Below, in pieces: positions 36,501 through 44,768 of a DNA stretch of 51,898 nucleotides. The notes below the pieces were generated by a model, which saw only the letters and a list, made by a program, of their open reading frames with translations, did no database searches and was not told where the DNA came from. Position numbers and translations under genes: made by a program. This DNA is from Candidatus Zixiibacteriota bacterium. GTDB taxonomy: Bacteria; Zixibacteria; MSB-5A5; UBA10806; 4484-95. The stretch is from assembly GCA_029932605.1 (NCBI GenBank), contig JAOZPT010000009.1, forward strand, positions 1 through 51,898, read 5' to 3'. The first letter of the stretch is position 1, and each line of letters opens with the position of its first letter.

Positions 36501-37093
36501 TTGATGTCATCAGGGGGAATTTCTATCTTTTCGGTTATAAAAAATTTAAAATCAAAAAAGGTGGGATGATTTTTAATAACATTTCAAAAATTGATCCAGA
36601 GATAAATTTTGAGGTTACTACGAGGATAAGACAGGATTCAATTCATTACGAGGACTTTGACCTTCTCATTACCGGGTCCTTAACCAGTCCTGAGATCCAC
36701 ACTAGTGATGAAACCATTTATTCAGATGAGGATATCCTGATGATTCTTTTGGCTGACCGGGCTGCTTTAAATGTTGAAGGTGCGGGTCTTTCCAGTAACC
36801 TCATCAGCAGTATGAGGGATATACTTATTCAAACATTCAACCCTTTCACAAAAACAGGGGTTATTGATGAGTTTGATATAAACCCTTATGAGGGAGAGGG
36901 TAAAACGAGAATATCGGTGGCTAAATATATTTCACCCAAACTGTTTTTTCGTTATTCTCGTTGTCTCTCCCAGGAAGCTGGCGAGACGGTTGGAATAGAG
37001 TATTTTTTTAACGACAACTTATCATTTGAAGGAAGACAGGGGACCAAAGATGAGGGGATATCATTTGATTTGAATTTCAGATATGAATTTTAG
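33566..37093 (+). CDS. tamB: Translocation and assembly module TamB (AsmA-like)
   Basis: N-terminal TM helix; long Gly-rich beta-strand repeats; C-terminal F.IKKG...IDPEIN...ITGSL.SP and VAKYISPKLF...FRYEF. Confidence 0.88.
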   Translation: MKKVAKIPLAGLSFVLFLLALILFLYFFTSVPEQRLNDWFSYYIKNKTGVKFTVEKVNRDIWHRIRLEGVRLYIEGTDKEDILIGHIDLLEVEYSIADIIFRKFSFSNVNASGLKLTAPIDEKGRLISPLKVNDEPGDRVKIPKLNIDEYHFNDIEIEMLVGGKEISVLIDYLTGAFRSSDESLSLKIDSLKANCPQRDFDIESCSAGFVFIGNNLFIKSLNLETSRSIIEISGNYGTLTKPDFDIVYDFSPVDLEDIKALTGSDLDGVFYLHGKHYGNFKKFEGNASGDVVLFRKRLKDLSFGYRFSSDKLYFDDAKGVVFDSPIAGNGYIDFGSKPESYRFKGTIDNLNLQNIDIDIYTALTGKIDLKGEGLSEKDMKMGIAMELSKLDIDIYHFHQAKGEIDFDMEKLNFHHGFTARYRNTEVSLEGYLEYAGQIHLNGVTDFNDLADFKEQFFITDLDGTGKANFLIGGAVDDFSVTGNFYSDSCRFYGITADTFFLSVALKSFISHKVGTVEGFWKNGYLYSVPVDSGYFSVLVSGEKYFLDNVYWENNNNQMSFSGLFDNGNIIPTLIIDTLTAKLWDDTVFSSHPLKIDVYKDEVEFKDFQLAFISGIISLSGTLNFQNQMDIDIVVKNLEVEPLANYFISDKKISGIFSGEIGINGSFDLPVFSADLTISDLCIGDINQGTFICRALYEDSELKLQPAKLQCDDALYAIEGTIPVNLSFTNEGDRFPEEPISVVLAGSGYSVTLLPVFVPSLEYLYGDFDIDIVITGTYDNPSINGILTLKNGTLKILELVDPITNIAVNSRMQDNIIYVDSISGIVKSEEGETGINIDRYIGGKTGNYGNINGSGTIKLMGVSLFDYDLTFTGKDCPFYTDAYDIQGITDIDVTIKGISPPVVAGKVIFKKLDVNEPFASFSTGAGTGTDIIEDSTSWDIELDISATNNLCIKNNEAEIELKGNVLVLRQAGIIHLLGNLDVIRGNFYLFGYKKFKIKKGGMIFNNISKIDPEINFEVTTRIRQDSIHYEDFDLLITGSLTSPEIHTSDETIYSDEDILMILLADRAALNVEGAGLSSNLISSMRDILIQTFNPFTKTGVIDEFDINPYEGEGKTRISVAKYISPKLFFRYSRCLSQEAGETVGIEYFFNDNLSFEGRQGTKDEGISFDLNFRYEF

Positions 37094-39035
37094 AACATCG
37101 ATAATATTAGTTATGGTAGTGATAATCACTTCCTTTACTATGGCCAGGGATTTTTCTTTCAGGAGACAGGTTATAAAAAGGGTCGAGATAGACGGTAACA
37201 GTTATTTCAACGACGGTAAGATAAAAAAACAGCTTCTGACCAAACCGAATCGATGGTATAACATTTTTTCGAAAAGAAAGCTTTCCCGAGTAAATCTTAG
37301 AGTTGATGAACAACAACTTGAGAAATTTTATGCCCAGAATGGATATTTATTTACCAAGGTGCACACCGAGGTTAGTAATTTCAAGGATGATCCAACCAAA
37401 GCGATTGTTAGATTTAATATCGTTGAGGGTAAAAGGGCCTACGTTGAATCGTTAGAGGTCACTGGCGGATTAGCTGATCTTAATGCACGGCTTTATAATA
37501 TCACTAATAGAATTCAACCCGGGAAGCCGGTTAATCGTGATGTTGTTTTGGCAGCAGGTTTTAAAATAAGAGATTTTTATGCTGATAATGGATATCCGCT
37601 GGCAAGCGTTAAACCGGAATTTCTGTTTTCATCAGATTCTTCACATGTCACTATCCGTTATGATATCGCCGAAAGTTGTTTCGTTTATAACGATGAGATA
37701 ACGATTACCCAGGACGGTTCGATCCGGATGAATGAAAACATCTTAAGCAGGGAATTGCTGGTGAAATCAGGAAATCCTTACAGTAGGAAACTAAATATTG
37801 AAAGCCAGCAGAGATTATATTCAACCGGACTTTTAAAATTTGTCAGCTTGAAGAGAACGGGAGAATTAAAATTTATAGGTAAAGACACTGCTGTTGTTGA
37901 TCTTAAAATAAAAGTCACTTGCAGGAAAGCGAATTTTGTGAATGTACGTTTTGGGATTAAGCAACATCAGGATTTTAACTCTATTTTACAAACCTCTGTG
38001 AGATGGGGTAATCGCAATCTTTGGGATACTGGAAGGAAAATAATCATGGAGGTAAGAAATGGCATTCAGCTTACTAAAAGTGGTGAGGAGAAGACCAGAG
38101 CAATTAAATTGAAAGACCTGTTTTCAGATCTGAAGTTTAAACCGGTGATGAACGCTCTGGAGATTAATTACATCGAGCCATGGTTTTTAAATTACAGAAT
38201 GCCTCTTTCGGTAATAGTTGTTTATGAACCTAGAAATAAAAATCCCATCATCAACAAATATTATGACCGGCTTAGTGGTGAAGTATCCCTTTTGAGAGAA
38301 ATCGACAGATATACTAATTTAAAATTATCAGCACAGGTTGAGTTTGTGGATATCCATGATGTTAAAAAAGAGGAAGAGGAGGATTTCCGGTTAGAGGGGG
38401 ACAACTCTATTAGAAGAAGAATTTCAGTCTATGGCCAGAGAGATACACGTGATAATATATTAATCCCTCAAAAAGGTTCGTATTCGTATGTTTCGTTGGG
38501 GTATGTTGGTCACTACCTTGGAGGCGATTTCAGTTATATTAAAGGTGAATTTTACTGGAGCCGGTATAGATATTTGTTGGGGGAAAATATAATTGCCTCG
38601 AGGTTTCGTATCGGCATGTTGGAGGAGCTGGGTGATAATGGTCGTTCAGGTTCGGAGGATAGATTTACTCTTGGCGGCGCCAAGACAGTGAGAGGATTTG
38701 TTGAAAATACGCTCGGTCCCAGATGGTCAACTTCTGATAAGGTTGGCCCCAGCTTAGTCGGCCTGCCCAAGGGTGGCAAATTTTTGCTTTTAATAAACCT
38801 GGAGTTGAGAAGGTCATTATTCTGGCGCTTTGGTGGTACGGCATTTGTAGATGTCGGGAATGTGTTTTTCAAGGTTAAAGATTTTAAACCAAGAAAAATC
38901 GTTTCAACCACAGGCCTGGGATTACAGTTTTTCACTCCTGTCGGGCCTTTACGTTTTGAATATGCGTTTATGTTGCAAAAGGATTTAGACCTTGCCGAGG
39001 GGTCATATCATCTGACGATACTGTATGCTTTCTAA
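37083..39035 (+). CDS. tamA: Omp85-family outer membrane protein (TamA/BamA-like, about 3 POTRA domains)
   Basis: GNSYF, FYAQNGY, FYADNGY, RLYSTGL, DTRDN, LGGAKTVRGF, FVDVGNV, TPVGPLRF and terminal F; coupled to tamB. Confidence 0.85.
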   Translation: MNFRTSIILVMVVIITSFTMARDFSFRRQVIKRVEIDGNSYFNDGKIKKQLLTKPNRWYNIFSKRKLSRVNLRVDEQQLEKFYAQNGYLFTKVHTEVSNFKDDPTKAIVRFNIVEGKRAYVESLEVTGGLADLNARLYNITNRIQPGKPVNRDVVLAAGFKIRDFYADNGYPLASVKPEFLFSSDSSHVTIRYDIAESCFVYNDEITITQDGSIRMNENILSRELLVKSGNPYSRKLNIESQQRLYSTGLLKFVSLKRTGELKFIGKDTAVVDLKIKVTCRKANFVNVRFGIKQHQDFNSILQTSVRWGNRNLWDTGRKIIMEVRNGIQLTKSGEEKTRAIKLKDLFSDLKFKPVMNALEINYIEPWFLNYRMPLSVIVVYEPRNKNPIINKYYDRLSGEVSLLREIDRYTNLKLSAQVEFVDIHDVKKEEEEDFRLEGDNSIRRRISVYGQRDTRDNILIPQKGSYSYVSLGYVGHYLGGDFSYIKGEFYWSRYRYLLGENIIASRFRIGMLEELGDNGRSGSEDRFTLGGAKTVRGFVENTLGPRWSTSDKVGPSLVGLPKGGKFLLLINLELRRSLFWRFGGTAFVDVGNVFFKVKDFKPRKIVSTTGLGLQFFTPVGPLRFEYAFMLQKDLDLAEGSYHLTILYAF

Positions 39036-39768
39036 AAGACCGTTAATAGGAATTACCCTAAGCCAGAGCCTTGAGGTAAAACAATACCGCTGGCCTATGA
39101 GATGGCAGTTCGATTACCTTGGAAAAGCCTATCATTATTCTATAGAAAAATCCGGTGGTCAACCATTTGGATTATTCAGTACCGAAAGTACTGGAATTAT
39201 TGATGATTACGTTGAGCTTGTCGATGGCATCCTGTTCAGCGGTGGATTTGATATTAACCCAAGATATTTTAATCAGAAGCCCCATCCTAAAACATCCAAG
39301 TTGGTTGAACCCCGCGACTTTTTTGAGCTGGTTGTTATAAAGAAAGCCCTAAAATTAAAAAAACCTATATTTTGTATCTGCCGGGGCCATCAATTGTTAA
39401 ATATTGCTCTTGGTGGAACTCTCTATCAGGATTTATGCCTTTACCCTACTAAAACCTTGACACATGCTGATGAGTTGCAGACGGGTAAGGTGAATCATTT
39501 TGTAAAAATCAAACCGGAATCGATGTTATTCGATATAATTGGCAAACGTAGAATATTTTGTAATTCCAGCCATCATCAATGTATCGATAACCTAGGCAAA
39601 GGGTTACAGGTATCGGCTGTGGCTTCTGATGGAGTTGTTGAGGGATTAGAGCTTCCAGGCTACCCGTTTTTGATAAGCGTGCAATGGCATCCTGAACGGA
39701 TTTTCAAAAGGTTGCATTCCCAAAAATTGTTTAATGCTTTTATAAGTAGGGCTCGAAAAGGGAGTTGA
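39025..39768 (+). CDS. Peptidase C26 / gamma-glutamyl-GABA hydrolase-family glutamine amidotransferase
   Basis: RPLIGIT, SGG.DINP, ICRGHQLLN, NSSHHQ and VQWHPE (Cys-His-Glu triad). Confidence 0.92.
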   Translation: MLSKRPLIGITLSQSLEVKQYRWPMRWQFDYLGKAYHYSIEKSGGQPFGLFSTESTGIIDDYVELVDGILFSGGFDINPRYFNQKPHPKTSKLVEPRDFFELVVIKKALKLKKPIFCICRGHQLLNIALGGTLYQDLCLYPTKTLTHADELQTGKVNHFVKIKPESMLFDIIGKRRIFCNSSHHQCIDNLGKGLQVSAVASDGVVEGLELPGYPFLISVQWHPERIFKRLHSQKLFNAFISRARKGS

Positions 39769-39818
39769 TTTGGTTTAAATCATTTGAAAGGATGATCACT
39801 ATCGTTTTGATTGGTAAC

Positions 39819-39847
39819 TTGACATGATATATAGCTGAGTTTATATT
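39819..39847 (+). promoter_or_regulatory. sigma70-type promoter of iscS-mnmA
   Basis: TTGACA-N17-TATATT, followed by a GGAGG RBS. Confidence 0.65.
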
Positions 39848-39866
39848 ATGTCTGGAGGTATTATAG

Positions 39867-41030
39867 ATGAAAAAAGTTTATCTCGATCATAATGCAACAA
39901 CACCTGTTCATCCTGAAGTTATGGAGGCCATGAAACCTTACTTTATGGATGAATTCGGGAACCCCAGCTCTTTGCATGGTTATGGCCGAAAATCGAGGGT
40001 TGCTATTGAGAGTGCGCGGGAGAAAATAGCGGGGATTTTCAAATGTTTGCCTCAAGAAATTATCTTTACCTCAGGTGGGACCGAATCTAACAACTTAGCT
40101 ATCAAGGGCATTGCCTGGGCCAGAAAAAATATGGGCAGGCACATTATTACAAGTACTATTGAACATCATGCTGTTTTAGAACCGTTTCATTACTTGGAGA
40201 GAAACGGTTTCGAGGCGACGTTCCTTGAACCTGACAGTAACGGTCGAATCTCAGTGGATGACTTAAAAAACGCACTAAGAACTGATACCATCCTTGTTTC
40301 CATAATACATGCAAATAACGAAACAGGTACAATTCAGGATATCGCCGAATTGGCTGAGATCACGCATAAGACCGGAGCTTTGTTTCATACTGATGCGGTT
40401 CAATCAACGGGCAAGATCCCTTACGAGATCGATAAGCTTGGCGTTGATATCCTCTCGGTTTCCGGGCACAAGTTATATGCTCCTAAAGGGGTAGGCTTAT
40501 TATATCTTAATAAAAAGGTTAAAATACAGCAATTGAACCATGGCGGTTCACATGAGAGCAATCGTCGGGCAGGGACTGAAAATGTTCCGGGAATTGTCGG
40601 CCTTGCTAAAGCCATTGAGATCGCTTGGCGCGATATGGATGAAGAGACCGAGAGACTGACCAAGCTAACTGGAATTTTTACCGAAGAGGTTAAAAAACGT
40701 ATTCCTGATATTACAATTATCGGCGATCAAAAACACCGCGTACCAAATACCGTCAGTATCGCTTTTAGCGCCGTTGAAGGTGAATCTATACTTTTGAGTC
40801 TTGACCTAAAAGGGATAGCTGTCTCAGCTGGTTCAGCATGTGCCTCGGGTGAGACTGAACCATCCCATGTTATTTTAGCGATGGGAGTACCACCTGAGCT
40901 AGCCCAGGCCACTATTCGTTTTTCTTTTGGCCGCTTGAATGATTTTTCAGATATCGATTATGTGCTTGATGCCTTGGAGAAAGAAGTGGACAGGTTAAGA
41001 AGTATTTCGCCTCTTTATCATAATTCCTAA
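39867..41030 (+). CDS. iscS: Cysteine desulfurase (IscS/NifS, group I)
   Basis: YLDHNATTP, FTSGGTESNN, HTDAVQ, SGHK (PLP Lys) and SAGSACASG. Confidence 0.95.
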   Translation: MKKVYLDHNATTPVHPEVMEAMKPYFMDEFGNPSSLHGYGRKSRVAIESAREKIAGIFKCLPQEIIFTSGGTESNNLAIKGIAWARKNMGRHIITSTIEHHAVLEPFHYLERNGFEATFLEPDSNGRISVDDLKNALRTDTILVSIIHANNETGTIQDIAELAEITHKTGALFHTDAVQSTGKIPYEIDKLGVDILSVSGHKLYAPKGVGLLYLNKKVKIQQLNHGGSHESNRRAGTENVPGIVGLAKAIEIAWRDMDEETERLTKLTGIFTEEVKKRIPDITIIGDQKHRVPNTVSIAFSAVEGESILLSLDLKGIAVSAGSACASGETEPSHVILAMGVPPELAQATIRFSFGRLNDFSDIDYVLDALEKEVDRLRSISPLYHNS

Positions 41031-41063
41031 ATGATTTTATTGAAACTTCTGATCTGATTTATT

Positions 41064-42128
41064 ATGAGTTCTGTTCTGGTTGCCATGTCGGGTGGTGTTG
41101 ATTCATCGGTTGCCGCCGCACTTTTAAAAGATGATGGCTATGATGTCGTCGGTTTAACATTTATAAATTTTGATTTTAGACGCCTTAATCCCGACAAGTC
41201 CGTTCAGCACTGTTGTTCTCATGAGACTGTCAACAACGCTCGAAATGTATGTGATTGTTTAAACATTCCTCATTATGTTATAAACAGAGTTGACCAGTTT
41301 GGGAAAAAGGTGCTGGAGAATTTTAAAAGCTCTTACTTCAAGGGGCTTACTCCCAATCCCTGTATCAGGTGTAATAGCCTTGTCCGCTGGCCGGAACTGA
41401 TAAACTTTGCCGAAAAACTTGGAGTTGAATTTATAGCTACCGGTCATTATGCAAGGATTAAAAGTGACAATGGACATTACATGATTTACAGGGCGTATTC
41501 CAAAGCAAAAGATCAATCGTATGCGTTATGGGCGATAAAACCTGATTTTCTAAAAAGAACCCTTCTACCGGTAGGATGTTATGAAAAGAATCAAATAAGA
41601 GATATAGCCACCAAGCACAATATACTCAATGCCTTTTATCCTGAAAGCCAGGATCTATGTTTCGTGATGGATGCTAAATACGCTGATGTGATTGGCTTTT
41701 TGAAATCAGGTGATATAGTGGATAATCATGGAAAAATATTGGGCAAACATAAAGGACTCATAAATTATACTGTTGGTCAACGGCGTGGTATCGGGGTATC
41801 GGCTCAGGAGCCTTTGTATGTTTTGGAGATAGATACAGACCATAACCGGCTTATTGTTGGTACCGATGAACAGCTTTTAAAATCCGATTTTGAAGTGGAA
41901 AAAGCCAACTGGTTTATCAAAGTCTCGGCTGGTGACGAAATAAACTGTCTGGCGAAAATCAGGTATCGCCATGAGGCGGTATCTTGTGTAGTAAGGATTA
42001 AGACAAAAGATGAGGTAGCGGTCAGGTTTAGAGAACCCCAGCGGGCTATCACTCCGGGGCAATCGGCTGTGTTTTATGATGGTGAAGCTCTTTTGGGAGG
42101 TGGAGTGATTAAGCGGTTTCGTAAGTGA
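41064..42128 (+). CDS. mnmA: tRNA 2-thiouridine(34) synthase
   Basis: AMSGGVDS, PNPCIRCN, ATGHY, KDQSY, ESQDLCF, YTVGQRRG and TPGQ. Confidence 0.96.
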   Translation: MSSVLVAMSGGVDSSVAAALLKDDGYDVVGLTFINFDFRRLNPDKSVQHCCSHETVNNARNVCDCLNIPHYVINRVDQFGKKVLENFKSSYFKGLTPNPCIRCNSLVRWPELINFAEKLGVEFIATGHYARIKSDNGHYMIYRAYSKAKDQSYALWAIKPDFLKRTLLPVGCYEKNQIRDIATKHNILNAFYPESQDLCFVMDAKYADVIGFLKSGDIVDNHGKILGKHKGLINYTVGQRRGIGVSAQEPLYVLEIDTDHNRLIVGTDEQLLKSDFEVEKANWFIKVSAGDEINCLAKIRYRHEAVSCVVRIKTKDEVAVRFREPQRAITPGQSAVFYDGEALLGGGVIKRFRK

Positions 42129-42148
42129 TCATAAATATTGTAAGTTCA

Positions 42149-42177
42149 TTGACAGTTTTGATAAGAAAAGATAAATT
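42149..42177 (+). promoter_or_regulatory. sigma70-type promoter
   Basis: TTGACA-N17-TAAATT, followed by a GGAGG RBS. Confidence 0.65.
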
Positions 42178-42197
42178 ACGTTAGATTTGGAGGAGAT

Positions 42198-42884
42198 ATG
42201 CTAAATTTGACTTTTTACGGACATGCTTGTTTTTTAATCGATGATGGTAAGTATAAGGTATTGGTTGATCCCTATATTACCGGTAATCCTTTAGCCAAGG
42301 TAGATGCTAAAAAGTTGAGCCCTGATTTTATTCTTTTAACCCATGGTCACGGAGACCATCTTGGCGACACTTTAGATATCGCCAAAAGGTGCAAGGCTTT
42401 GGTCATCTCGAATTATGAACTAGCGACATTTTGTGCATCTAAAGGTGTGGAGAATACAGCTGGTCTTCATATCGGCGGGGGAGCCGAGTTCCCTTTCGGG
42501 ACGTTGAAGCTTACTATTGCCCACCACGGTTCTACTCAGGGAGAGAAACTTGCATATGGTGGTAACCCGGTGGGTTTTATCATTCGGATTGATGGCAAAG
42601 TAATCTATCATTCCGGTGACACAGGGTTGTTTATGGATATGAAATTAATAGGTGAACTGGACGAAATAGATATTGCTCTATTACCTATTGGTGGTTATTT
42701 CACAATGGATGTAAGTGACGCAGCCAAAGCTGTAGAATTTTTAAAACCGAAAAAAGTTATTCCCATGCACTACGATACTTTCGATTTGATAAAAGCTGAT
42801 CCCATGGAATTTGCCAAGAGGGTTGAACCGCTGGGTGTTGAATGTGTAATCCTGCAACCTGGTGAATACTACAAACTTGTATAA
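42198..42884 (+). CDS. Metal-dependent hydrolase, MBL fold (UPF0173-like)
   Basis: GHACF, DPYI.GNP, THGHGDH, YHSGDT, LPIGG.FTM and IPMHYDTF. Confidence 0.92.
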   Translation: MLNLTFYGHACFLIDDGKYKVLVDPYITGNPLAKVDAKKLSPDFILLTHGHGDHLGDTLDIAKRCKALVISNYELATFCASKGVENTAGLHIGGGAEFPFGTLKLTIAHHGSTQGEKLAYGGNPVGFIIRIDGKVIYHSGDTGLFMDMKLIGELDEIDIALLPIGGYFTMDVSDAAKAVEFLKPKKVIPMHYDTFDLIKADPMEFAKRVEPLGVECVILQPGEYYKLV

Positions 42885-43797
42885 GCTAAAGGATATATTA
42901 TCAAGGCCCGGTTTTTTCCGGGCTTTTTTACTTTTTATATTAACTATAACTATTGTATCGTCTGCCTCAGCCGCTGTTTTTGTGATTGATGCGCCAGTTA
43001 GTGACAGTATGCATGTCCATTCCTCCCTCGATTATCATCTGGAGAGGATTACCTCAATGCTCAAGATTGAATATGTTGACACCATAAGGGTGGTAATTGC
43101 AACCGACTTAAGTTTATTCAATCGAGCCCTAGGGTCGGGTTTCCCTGACTGGGGAGCTGGTGCTGCTGTAAAAGCAAAAAAGCTAATAGTGATTAAATCC
43201 CCAAGCCATTTCAAGGTTGGCAAAAGCCTTGATGAGCTGTTGGGACATGAGCTGGGCCATCTGATGCTTGATAAAGCTACCGGTGGAAAGTGGCTTCCGC
43301 GATGGTTTGAGGAAGGATTTTGCCAGCTTGTTTCAGGAGAATGGCGACTTTCACAGGATATCCTCGTTACCAGGGCAGTCTGGGGAAGTGGCCTTATTCC
43401 TCTTACCGCGCTTGAGGGTGTTAACAGCTTTGGAGGAGCAAAAGCGGCTTTGGCTTATGCCGAATCATATTTAGCTGTTTCGTCATTAGTTAAAGAGATG
43501 GGTTCTGATTTTTTCGTCGAGTTTTTAAGCGATTATAAAAACCATGGCAATATATATAATGCCTTTTTTAATTCAACTGGTTACTATTACATCGAATGGG
43601 CTGGAATCTGGCAACGAAAAACAGCAGAAAAATATCGCCTGGTTTTTTTCCTGTTGGATTCCAGATTGCTTTTTCCTTTGCTGGCGATCCTGTTTATTCT
43701 ATTGTATATATTGAAGATATATCAAGTGAGAAAGAAAAAGAAACAGTGGCAGGAACACGAAAGGCTTTACGGAGATGACAAAACATTTCCAACATAA
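42862..43797 (+). CDS. Peptidase MA-family metallohydrolase, membrane anchored
   Basis: N-terminal signal/TM; HELGH...PRWFEEG; AYAES; C-terminal TM helix plus basic tail. Confidence 0.8.
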   Translation: MNTTNLYKLKDILSRPGFFRAFLLFILTITIVSSASAAVFVIDAPVSDSMHVHSSLDYHLERITSMLKIEYVDTIRVVIATDLSLFNRALGSGFPDWGAGAAVKAKKLIVIKSPSHFKVGKSLDELLGHELGHLMLDKATGGKWLPRWFEEGFCQLVSGEWRLSQDILVTRAVWGSGLIPLTALEGVNSFGGAKAALAYAESYLAVSSLVKEMGSDFFVEFLSDYKNHGNIYNAFFNSTGYYYIEWAGIWQRKTAEKYRLVFFLLDSRLLFPLLAILFILLYILKIYQVRKKKKQWQEHERLYGDDKTFPT

Positions 43798-44677
43798 AAT
43801 TGAATATATCTTTCTTAAGCTCTTGATATTTATTCTTAATCATTTGCCTTTGAAAATAGCCTTACGATTTGGTGATGTTATAGGTATTTTAGCTTTTTCG
43901 GTTTTGAGGATCAGGCGGCGAGTAACACTGACCAATCTGAGGAATTCTTTTGGTGGTGAATATACTGACAAGCAGTATCGCAAAATAGGTTTAAGGTCTT
44001 ATATAAATTTTGCCCGTAGTATGATAGAATACGGAATGTTTCCAAGGCTTGTCGAAAAGGATTTATCGTTAAAGATAAAAATAGTAGGACAACACTCCTA
44101 CAGAGAGTATTTAAATAAAGGCGCTGGAGTTGTTTTAGTGTCCGGGCATTTTGGGAGCTGGGAACTTATGGGGGCATATCTTGCCCAGATAGGCTGGCCG
44201 ATTGATTTTCTGGTTGGTATTCAACACAACCCATTGATAAATAACCTGATGAACAAACACAGGGGAATTTTTGGAGTTGGTTTGATAGAGGTTGGCTTGA
44301 CGGCTCGTGGAGTTATCACGGCATTGAGAAAGGGACGGGCTATAGCCATGCTTTCCGACCAGGATGCCGGAGCCGATGGTGTAATAGTTGATTTTTTGGG
44401 CCGGGCAGCCTCGACTCCCAAGGGACCAGCAGCATTTGCCTTAAAGACGGATTGCCCGATTTTCGTTATCTCTTTTGTTAGGAATGAACTTGATAAACAT
44501 ACCCTATTTATAGAAGGCCCAATTATAATGAAAAAAACAGGGGACAGGGAGGAGGACATTAAGCGGTTGACACAGGCATATACCGATATTATCGAAAAAT
44601 ATGTTAGACTTCATCCTGACCACTGGTTCTGGGCTCACAGGCGATGGAAAACAACATACCCTGAGATTTACCATTAA
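43775..44677 (+). CDS. Lipid A late acyltransferase (LpxL/HtrB family)
   Basis: SGHFGSWE, LSDQD, VDFLGR and PDHWFWAHRRWK. Confidence 0.9.
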   Translation: MTKHFQHKIEYIFLKLLIFILNHLPLKIALRFGDVIGILAFSVLRIRRRVTLTNLRNSFGGEYTDKQYRKIGLRSYINFARSMIEYGMFPRLVEKDLSLKIKIVGQHSYREYLNKGAGVVLVSGHFGSWELMGAYLAQIGWPIDFLVGIQHNPLINNLMNKHRGIFGVGLIEVGLTARGVITALRKGRAIAMLSDQDAGADGVIVDFLGRAASTPKGPAAFALKTDCPIFVISFVRNELDKHTLFIEGPIIMKKTGDREEDIKRLTQAYTDIIEKYVRLHPDHWFWAHRRWKTTYPEIYH

Positions 44678-44768
44678 TCGATTAAACATGATTTTCAAAA
44701 CGGTAGTAATAAAATATAAAACCTTTATTTGCTGTTTTTATCTGATATAGTTAAGGATAAAGTCGTCA

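Noticed and set aside
39815..39847. Possible IscR/Rrf2 operator over the iscS promoter
   Set aside because: No convincing dyad symmetry and no rrf2 gene nearby
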